Assembly: GCF_009914755.1 (NCBI RefSeq)
Contig: NC_060926.1
Reading direction: 5' to 3' (one strand)
DNA length: 64,000 bases
DNA from: the human T2T-CHM13v2.0 reference genome, Homo sapiens
How positions within the stretch are numbered: position 1 is the stretch's first letter; every line of letters starts with the position of its first letter. The notes below the pieces were generated by a model, which was given only the letters and a program-made list of their open reading frames with translations, was not told where the DNA came from and did not search any database. A program made the position numbers and the translations under genes. Positions 55,601-64,000 of this stretch are shown piece by piece.

Positions 55601-56059
55601 TGGAGGTGGTTACACAAATCTATACAATTGTTAAAACTCATGGAACTACACAGCAAAAAAAAAAACAAACAAACAACAACATGTCAATTTTACTGTATGT
55701 TTATTTAAAAGTTTATAATGGAAAGGTTAAAACCCCACAAAACTGAGTTATAGTAGATATAGTAGACAAAGAAGCAAAATTATATCCATTAGTGAAAAAC
55801 TTATTTTTAGCTAGTGATCATATCATCTTGTGTGGAAATTTGAGTATCTGTAGAGCACAGTATCAGGGTATCTGGAGATTGCCAAAGGTGCGATTTTCCA
55901 GTGCTATGATATAGTTTTAGCTGCTTCTAAGAGGGCCTGAAGGCCTAAGGTAAATTGAAAATGGCAGTCTTAACCATAAAGATATTGGCACACTGAATAC
56001 ACCTGTGAAAGCGCCCATAATTCTTACTGCAGAGACCCTATTGTATATAAAATAATAAC

Positions 56060-56260
56060 AGCAAAGGCTCTGGAGAAACGACTATCTTCCTTACTAGCTG
56101 ACCATCTTGAACTATTATGTAAAATCCCTGAGCCTCAGGGTCTTCATCTTTAAAAAGGAGCTGGTAGTAACAGCCTCACTGAACTGTTTGGAAGAGAACA
56201 TTTAATGTAAAGTGGTTAGAACAGTGCCTGAAACACAGTAAGAATGCATGCATGTTAGCT
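56060..56260 (+). mobile_element. MIR
   Basis: TTACTAGCTG...CCCTGAGCCTCAG..TCTTCATCTTTAAAA...AGAACAGTGCCTGAAACACAGTAAG. Confidence 0.78.
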
Positions 56261-56772
56261 ATAGTGGTAAGCTGAATAATAGCCTGTCATATCCTAATCT
56301 CCAGCACCTATGACTATGCCACTATACCTGACAAAAGGAGTTTACAGATGTTAGGGACTTTGAGACTATCCTGGATTATCTGGATGTTCCCATGGAATGA
56401 CAAGGAGCCCTCCATATAAGAAAAAGAGGGAGGCAGGAGAGTCAGTGTCAGACCCGCAGAGAATCTGGAAGCTGCTTTGCTTTTGACTTTGATGATGATG
56501 GAAGGGGCCATAAACAAAGGGATGCAGGAAGCCTCTAAAAGCTGAAAAAGCAGGAAGTGGAATCTCCCTGACAGCCCTGTTGACACCTTGATTTTAGCCC
56601 AGTGAGAGCCATTTCAGACATCTGAGTATCAGAAAAACATTTAAATACTACATTTATTTTCATAAAAATATTGTAAATTTTAATAATAATTATTTTAGAA
56701 CAGTAATTTTGTGTTGTTTTAAGCCACTACGTCTGTGGTAATTTGTTGCAGTCCCAATCAGAAACTTATATA
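56261..56772 (+). mobile_element. MLT1D-type LTR
   Basis: GTGGTAAGCTGAATAAT...TATCCTGGATTATCTGG...GACACCTTGATTTTAGCCCAGTGAG...TGTTGTTTTAAGCCACTA...GGTAATTTGTT. Confidence 0.87.
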
Positions 56773-56904
56773 ATTGTTTAAAGCAAATAAGTTAGTTTCA
56801 TTCAACTCACAGCTCTGCAATTCTACCACTTTCTAATAAGTCTTTCAAATTTTCTATTATCTTTGTTAGAGAAAATAGCTGTTTTGAGATCACCCATAAA
56901 TGCA

Positions 56905-57150
56905 TTTGTGTGGTGGACAGAAATTCAGACTCTGGAGTTGGCCAAGCCTGGATTCAAATCCTGCCTCCAATACGTGCCATCCCTGAGACCTGACATCTGG
57001 CCTCACCTAGAGTGTGCTGTTTCATCCCAACCGATATGGGAGTAAATGACTGCCTGTCTCATAAGGTGGTTGTGAGAAGGGAGATATTGCCACAAATCAC
57101 TTAGCACAGAATCTGGCTCTTAATCAGTGCTCATTGAAGAAGAATTAAAA
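56905..57150 (+). mobile_element. MIR
   Basis: GACTCTGGAG...CCTGGATTCAAATCCTGCCTC ... TCATAAGGTGGTTGTGAGA...CACTTAGCACAG. Confidence 0.75.
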
Positions 57151-57207
57151 TTAGTAGTTCTCCAATAATCTTCACTATACAGGTAAGTAATCCATACCAT
57201 TTTACTA

Positions 57208-57398
57208 CAACACATGGACACAGAGAGGGGGACAACACACACCAGGGCCTGTTTGGGGGTGAAGGGTGAGGGGAGTTAACTTAGAGGACAGATCAATAGG
57301 TGCAGCAAACCACCATGGCACACATGTACCTATGTAACAAACCTGCACATTCTACACATGTATCCTGTTTATTTTTTTTTCCTCTAAAAAAAAGAAAA
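57208..57398 (+). mobile_element. L1PA13/14-type 3' terminus
   Basis: ACACATGGACACAGAGAGGGG..CAACACACAC...ATAGGTGCAGCAAACCACCATGGCACA...TGTAACAAACCTGCAC. Confidence 0.9.
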
Positions 57399-58238
57399 TG
57401 TCTTGGGAGGTGTGATGTCATACCTTCTTTATATTTGCAAAAATAAAGCTCTCGCATTTTCTTCCCCTTTAAATATTTTGCTCTAAAGTCACAAGAGTCA
57501 AATGTGAAATGAGAACATACTATTCCCTCAGGTTTACTCCCATATTGGTTGGGAGGAAAAAGCACACTCGAAGCGAGGCCAGATGTCAGGTGTCAGGGAC
57601 CACAGGTATTGGAGGTGGGATTTGAATACAGGCTTGGCCAAATCCAGCATATGAGTTTCTGTCCGCCACACAAACGCATTTATGGATGATCTCAAACAGC
57701 TTCACTTGGAGTTGATTTTTATTTGAGATTTTTAAAAAATACTTTGAAAAGAATAGTTTATCACACAATAAAAGAGATTGGAAAAGATAAATGTGAACTT
57801 CCAAGGAGAGTCCAGAACAACAATTTTTTATAAGAACTTTAGAATCCATAGCTTTCCAGCTTAAACCTCCCCTATCTCCTCAACACTTCCTAAAGAAAAA
57901 ATAAAATAAATATATTAAGAAACAACTACAGGAGGAGTTGCAGGTGACTTGAAGCAATGGAGACATGGAGAGGGGCTCAGTCAAAAGGAGGCTACCAGGG
58001 TCTGTTTAAGAAAATGGAGAGACAGGCAAATGACAGAGATAATATGGGTTTTGTTTCAGAGCACCACGATAAAGAAAGTTATGTAATTTTTTTTGTTTTC
58101 CCAATCCAAATTTACACCATAATGTGTAATGTTTAGACTATAGTGTATTCCATTAAGTGTGGAGCAGCATTATGTCTAAAAGACAGTTTATATACCTTAA
58201 AAGTATTACTAAAAAATGCAGTTGAAAATTGTGCTGCC

Positions 58239-59322
58239 ACAAACAAGCAAATACTGACAGATTTTGTCACCACCAGGCCTTCCCTGCAAGAGCTCCTGAA
58301 AGAAGTACTAAATATGGAAAGGAAAAACCAGTACCAGCAACTGCAAAAACACACCAAAATATAAAGACCAATGACACTATGAAGAAACTGCATCAACTAG
58401 TGTGCAAAATAACCAAATAGCATCATGATGACAGAATCAAATTCATACATAACAATACTAACCTTAAATGTAAATGGGCTAAATGCCCCAATTAAAAGAC
58501 ACAGACTGGCAAATTGGATAAGGAGTCAAGACCCATAGTGTGCTGTAATCAGCAGTCCCATCTTATGTGTAAAGACACACACAGACTCAAAATAAAGGGA
58601 TGGAGGAAAATTTACGAAGCAAATGGAAAGCAAAAAATAAAAATAAAAAATAATAATAAAAAAAACCCCAGGGGTTGCAAACCTAGCCTCTGACAAAACA
58701 GACATTAAACCAACAAAAATCAAAAAAGACAAAGAAGGGCATTCCATAAAGGTAAAGGGAATGATTCAACCAGAAGAGTTAACTATTCTAAGTAGACATG
58801 CACCCAATAGAGGAGTATGCAGATTCATAAAACAAGTTCTTAGAGACCTCTAAAGAGACTTAGACTCCCACACAGTAATAGTGGGAGAGTTTATCACCCC
58901 ACTGTCAGTATTAGACTGATCTATGAGACAGAAAGTTAACAAGGATATTCAGGACTTGAACTCAGCTCTGGATCAAGTGGACCTAGTAGACATCTACAGA
59001 ACTCTCTACCCCAAATCAACATAATATACATTCTTCTCAAGTCCACATGGCACTTATTCTAAAATCGACCACATAATTGGAAGTAAAATACTCCTCAGCA
59101 AATGCAAAAGAACTGAAATCAAAGCAAACCATCTCTCAGACCACAGTACAATCAAATTGAAACTTAGGATTAAGAAACTCACACAAAACCACACAACTTC
59201 ATGGAAATTGAACAATCTGCTCCTGAATGACTCCTGGGTAAATAATAAAATTGAGGCAGAAACCAAGAAGTTCTTTGAAACTAATGAGAACAACGAGGCA
59301 ACGTACGAGAATTTCTAAGACC
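58239..59322 (+). mobile_element. Internal L1PA (L1P3-like) fragment: ORF1 end, spacer, ORF2 endonuclease domain; truncated at both ends
   Basis: ORF 58143..58364 ends TNKQILTDFVTTRPSLQELLKEVLNMERKNQYQQLQKHTK (ORF1p C-terminus); ATGACAGAATCAAATTCATACATAACAATACTAACCTTAAATGTAAATGGGCT is the ORF2 start; stops at GAGAATTTCTAAGAC with no tail. Confidence 0.93.
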
Positions 59323-61149
59323 TTTTCACTGAGGAGACAGTAGCCTGAATAGGCAGCTGACCCAGTTGGACCAGGATCCACGGCTGTTTGCCACCTCGTG
59401 GACATTGGTGATAATTACAAGTCACTTCCAATGACTTAGAGATGCTCCTTTTGATAGCATCTCTAACCAATAACTTTAGCTCCTTGATTGTGTTTTCTGC
59501 CTGTGAGTAGAGTTCTAAGGATAAGAGGAGAGACTGGCAGCTGTAAGTGCACTACAGTATCCTTTCTTTGGAAGAAAAAAAAAATCTATAATCAGTTACC
59601 AATTACTTACCTAGCAGTTACAATGTGTGAGGTGTTCTCGAAGAGTATTTAGGTATTTAGGAGTACTACCCAATGGATCACTATCACTAAAACCTGCATT
59701 TGTCATGCCTTTAAATGAAAACGTTGCCTGTGAATTTTTATTTCAGAAACTGTTTCATATTCTCCAGTGAAGCCACGGCCTTCAGGGTCTAGATAAAGGC
59801 ATGGCTTGTTTTATTGCACTTCACTTTATTGTACCTCAAAGATATTGCTTTTTTTTTTTTTTTCACAAAGTGAAGGTTTGTGACAACCATCTAAATTTAG
59901 CAATTCTGTTGGTGCCATTTTTTTCCAACGGCTTGTACTCATTTGGTGTCTGTCACATTTGGATAATTCTGGCAATATTTCAAACTTTTTCACTATTATT
60001 TTATCTGTTATGGTGATCTATAATCAGTAATCTTTGAAATTATTATTGTAATCATTTTGGGACACCGTGAACCACATGCCAATAAGATGGTGAGCTTAAT
60101 TGATAAATGTTGCATGTGTCCTTATCGTTCTACTAACCAGCCATCTTCTCATCTCTCTCCCTCTCCTCAGTCCTCCCTGTAACCTGAGACACAACAATAG
60201 GGAAATTAGACCAATTAATTACCCTACAATGGCCTATAGTGTTCAAGTGAAAGGAAGAGTGGCACATTACTCACTTTAAATCAAAAGCTAGAAATGATTA
60301 AGCTTAGTGAGGAAGACATGTCAAAAGCTGAGATAAACGGAAAGTTAGGTCTCTTGTGCCAAACACCTAAGTGGTGAATGCAGAGAAAAAGTTATTGGAC
60401 AAAATTAAAATTGCCACTTCCATAAACGTACAAACGATAAGAAAGCCAAATAGCCATATTGCTGAAACAGAGATAGATTTAGTGGTCTGGATAGAAGATC
60501 AAACTACCTGTATTTTCTCAAGTCAAAGCCTAATCCAGAGCAAAGCCCTAGTTCTCTTCAATTCTTTGAACACTAAGAGAGGCGAGGAAGCTGCAGAAGA
60601 AAAGTTTAAACTGGCAGAGGTTGGTTCATGAGATATAAGGAAATAAATTGGCTTCATAACATAAACGTGCAAGAGGAAGCAGAAAGTGCTGATGGAAAAT
60701 CTGCAGCAAGTTACCATGTGATTAGCTAAGATAATTAACAAAGGTGGCTGCACTAAACAACAGATTGTCCATGTAGATAGAACAGCCTTTTATTGGAAGA
60801 AGATGCCATCTAAGACTTTCATAGCTAGAAAGGATAAGTAAATTCCTGGATTCAAAGCTTCAAAGGACAAGTTGACTCTCTTGTTCATGGTTAATGCAGC
60901 TGGTGAAGCAAATGATCATTTAACATTCCAAAATTCTAGGGCCCTTAAGAATTATGCTACATTTCTTCTGCTTATGCTCTATATATGGAATGGCAAAGCC
61001 TTTGGCAACTACAGCCCTTATCAGTCAGCAGCCATCAAAATTGAGTTAAGGCTCTGCCAGCCAAAGGGTTAGGACTCCACGAAGACTCAGATGATCATTA
61101 ACATATTTTAGTAATACTTTTTATTTATTTATTTATTTTTCATATATCT

Positions 61150-61400
61150 CTTTCCTCTGTACCTTTCTTCATGCCTTTCCCTCTGGCCACCATGGCCTTT
61201 TCCAACCCCACTCTCTCTCAATGCCTAACCATCCTTTAAAACTTATCTCAGACATCAATTCCTCTGCACTCCATGATGCACTGTTGCGCTTACCAAATTG
61301 TAATCTTCTGATATATGATTGTTCTATTTACTAGATGATTAACTCCTTGAGGGCGAGGGCCGTGCATTACTCATCTCTGTATCTCCAGTTCCTAGAGCAT
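61150..61400 (+). mobile_element. L2 fragment within the transduced segment
   Basis: CATCCTTTAAAACTTATCTCAGACATCAATTCCTCTG; CTAGATGATTAACTCCTTGAGGGCGAGGGCCGTG...TCATCTCTGTATCTCCAGTTCCTAG. Confidence 0.8.
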
Positions 61401-61571
61401 TTCTTTTTTTTTGTTGTTTGTTTGTATTGGTGCATAATAATTGTACATTTTTATGTGGTGCATGTGATATTTTGATACATGCATACAATGCGTAATGATC
61501 AAATCAGGATAATCGAGATGTCTGTCACCACAAACATTTATCAGCTCTTTGTGTTAAGAAGATTTCAAATC
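61401..61571 (-). mobile_element. L1MA3/4-type 3' terminus within the transduced segment
   Basis: ATAATTGTACATTTTTATG...CATGTGATATTTTGATACATGCATACAATGCGTAATGATCAAATCAGG. Confidence 0.85.
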
Positions 61572-62440
61572 ATTATGAGATTCATGGGGAAGGGCAAACT
61601 GACCAAATATTTGATGATAGTGAGGAATTATCATTTTATTTATTTATTTTCTTTTTTCAAACTTTATATTTTATTTCAAGAGGTTTTAGGCAGCAGGTGG
61701 TGTTTGGTTACATGAATAAGTCTTTTGGTGGTGATTTCTGAGATTTTGGTGCACCCACCAACCAAGCAGTGTACACTGTACCAAATGTGTAGTCTTTTAT
61801 CCCTCACCCCCTTCCTGCTTTTTCTCAAGTCCCCAAAGTCCAATGTATCATTCTTATGCCTTTGCATCCTCATAGTTTAATTCCCACTTATAAGTAAGAA
61901 CATGTGATGTTTGGTTTTTCATTCCTCAGTTACTTCACTTAGAATAATAGTCTCCAATTCCATCCAGCTTGCTGTAAATGCCATTATTTCACTCCTTTTT
62001 ATGGCTGAGTAGTATTCCATGGTGTGTATATATACATATACATACATACCACATTTTCTTTATCCACTCGCCGATTGAAAGATACTTGCACATGCATGTT
62101 TATAGCAACACAATTTTCAACAGCAGTTTTTAGTAATACTTTCAAATTAAGGTATATACTGCTTTTAAACATAATGCTGCTCCACGCTTAATGGACTACA
62201 GTATGGTGTAAACATCACTTAAATTTGCATTAGGAAAACAAAACATTCATGTAACTTGCTTTATTGTGGTGCTCTGAAACAAAATCCACAATATCTCTGT
62301 CATCTGCCTTTCAGTTTCCTTAAGTAGACACTAATAACCCCCTTTTGACTGAGCTCCTCTCAATGTCTCCATTTTCATCTTTCTGATATTCCTGTGTGTG
62401 TATACATCGCTCTAGCTGTAATGAATGATTTGTAATTACC

Positions 62441-62792
62441 TGATATAGACTGAACATTGTGACCCTAAATGCATATCTTGAAACCCTAATCCTCAACATG
62501 ATGGTATTTAGAGATGGGTATTTTAGGAGGTAATTAGGTCCTGAGGGTGAGCCCTCATGATAGCATTAATGCCCTTAGAAGAGACCTGAGAGAGCATGTT
62601 TCTCTCTCTTCCCCTCTCTTCTCCACGTGAAAGTGTCTATCTACAAGCCAGGAATTGGACACTCACCAGAAACCAAAACAGCCAGCACCTTGAATCTTGG
62701 ACTTCTCAGCCCTTAGAACTGTGAGAAATACGTTTCTTCTGTTTAAGCCACCCAGTATCTCTGGTATGTTGTTATAGCAGCTGAGCTAAGAA
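62441..62792 (+). mobile_element. MLT1A-type LTR
   Basis: TATAGACTGAAC...GAAACCCTAATCC...GAGGTAATTAGGTC..GAGGGTG...CTTGGACTTCTCAGCC..AGAACTGTGAGAAATA...GTTATAGCAGC. Confidence 0.87.
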
Positions 62793-62874
62793 ATTTCTTG
62801 TATGTGCCTTGCTCTCCCACACTTCCTTTTCTTTGCATGTGCTAGTTCCTCTTCATGGGATGCTCTTGCCCCAC

Positions 62875-63118
62875 TTTTTAAAATGTTACATTGCATTTGA
62901 CCCAATATGCCCTTCCCATGTACTCAACAGACATAACAAACCAAAAAATTAGATAGCTCAAATTTGCTTTTTCAGACTAGGTTTTCAAAACTCAGTATAT
63001 ACTTTATAGTTTTGTCACATTACAATTCAATTAAAAATTCAGTTTCTCAGTCACATCAACCACATTTCAAATGGTCAAGAACCACATGTGGCAGAAGGCT
63101 GCTATATTGGACAGCACA
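62875..63118. mobile_element. MER3/MER33-type hAT-Charlie MITE
   Basis: TTAAAAATTCAGTTTCTCAGTCACA...CCACATTTCAAATG..CAA...CCACATGTGGC...GGCTGCTATATTGGACAGCACA. Confidence 0.75.
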
Positions 63119-63504
63119 ATGCCATGGGATCCTGAACATTCTCACCTTGATACAAGTTATGACCTATGGAGAGATGATAACACTGCGGTAAAGAAATTAG
63201 CAATACTTGTTTCAATGTTTAAAGAATTATATAATTTGGGTTAAGCATTTACTGAGCCCCTCCCTTGGTAGACTGAGAGGGCCTCCAGAGTTAGGACAAT
63301 ATATTTTTCCTTTTAAAATCCCTTACTTTTATTTCAAGCCATTTTCTATGAATTTTTCCACTTAGCTCAAATTTTGCTTTTTGAGAGTAGGCATGAAGCA
63401 GACCTTGATCTCACAGTCTGACTTAAAAGGTTCCTTCCATGCCCTTACACCACTTTGTGTTATCACTTGACCCATTGCCCTGTGCTCTAATCTCCTGTGT
63501 GCTT

Positions 63505-63634
63505 GACAGCCTCTCTCATTTGATGGTGTGCTCTTCAAGGAAAGTGACTATACCTTTCTTCTCTGTATCCCCAATGCTGCTGTCATTCCTGGCATAGAGT
63601 TTTGCTAATGGCCATATATTGAATGAATGAATGA
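63505..63634 (+). mobile_element. L2 3' terminus
   Basis: CTCTGTATCCCCA...CCTGGCATAGAG...TTGAATGAATGAATGA. Confidence 0.75.
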
Positions 63635-64000
63635 GTTTTTTAAAATCAGCCTTAATCAAGTATCAGTCATTAAAAGGTGTCCAGTAGAATGTGATTTGAG
63701 GACCACTGAGAAAAAATACTTCCTCCCTGCCCCCATCTGAAACTCTATCTGATTCTACCTATCCTATTTATTAAGAACACACGTTTGACACTTTATTTCA
63801 CAATATGTCTTTGAGGCATTTTTGCCTCACCCATTAAAATTACAACCTCTTTTGGATAGGGTGCTCTTTGATACATTAGTCATTATTGGCACATGCACTT
63901 ATAAACAGTGACAGCTAGAGAAGAGTAATTTCCTTTGGGAACAGAACAACCTAGGAGAGAAAGATTTTAATATGACAAGAACAGGATTAGCAAAAGACAG

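Larger units (their letters stand above)
56877..57701. repeat. Inverted duplication; arms 56877-57046 and 57533-57701 (MIR 5' part plus flank)
   Basis: AGCTGTTTTGAGATCACCCATAAATGC...GATATGGGAGTAAA pairs with TTTACTCCCATATT...GCATTTATGGATGATCTCAAACAGCT; hand count about 22 substitutions and 1 gap in 170 bp. Confidence 0.93.
61121..62127 (-). mobile_element. L1PB1-type insertion with short 5' inversion and about 500 bp of 3'-transduced flank
   Basis: TSD TTTTAGTAATACTTT at 61106-61120 and 62128-62142; outer tail (TTTA)n 61121-61140; L1PB 3'UTR 61634-62077; sense-oriented piece 62078-62125. Confidence 0.85.
59796..62310 (+). mobile_element. Tigger1, internally deleted near 61000 and split by an L1 insertion (61121-62127)
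   Basis: TA|AAGGCAT...TTTATTGCACTTCACTTTATTG; transposase remnants (60371..60631: LVVWIEDQT...SQSLIQSKAL; TATTGGAAGAAGATGCCATCTAAGACTTTCATAGCT); 3' end CTTTATTGTGGTG...CAATATCTCTG...TGCCT. Confidence 0.93.

Noticed and set aside
60371-61072. Tigger1 transposase-like ORFs (possible domesticated TIGD-type gene)
   Set aside because: Fragmented across frames, and the later part of the transposase is deleted near 61000.

Overview
This is primate genomic DNA, almost certainly human, because it carries an AluYa5 with all five diagnostic bases. It is AT-rich and reads as intergenic or deep-intronic. I find no credible protein-coding gene, RNA gene, CpG island or CRISPR array; the ORF track is explained by decayed L1/Tigger frames, Alus, microsatellites and chance. 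Most of the window is layered transposon fossils: nested L1s (including a near full-length L1MA1/2-type copy inside an older L1M), Alus, THE1/MLT1/MLT2/MER31/LTR40 LTRs, Tigger1/2/4, L2 and MIR. Subfamily names come from recalled consensus sequences, not from a RepeatMasker run. The interesting signal is structural. There is an apparent ancient L1PB 3' transduction that placed an L2 inside a younger Tigger1. There is also a series of locally templated rearrangements: an inverted duplication around a palindromic minisatellite (20.7-21.9 kb), a second inverted duplication (56.9-57.7 kb), an inverted copy of a transposon junction 3.9 kb away (58.1 kb), a patchwork insertion copying sequence 640 bp upstream (18.5 kb), a tail-less L1 patch with a target duplication (9.3 kb) and a 414-bp tandem duplication (26.8 kb). 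These resemble fossils of template-switch/double-strand-break repair, which are known mechanisms. I cannot support a new coding system here.
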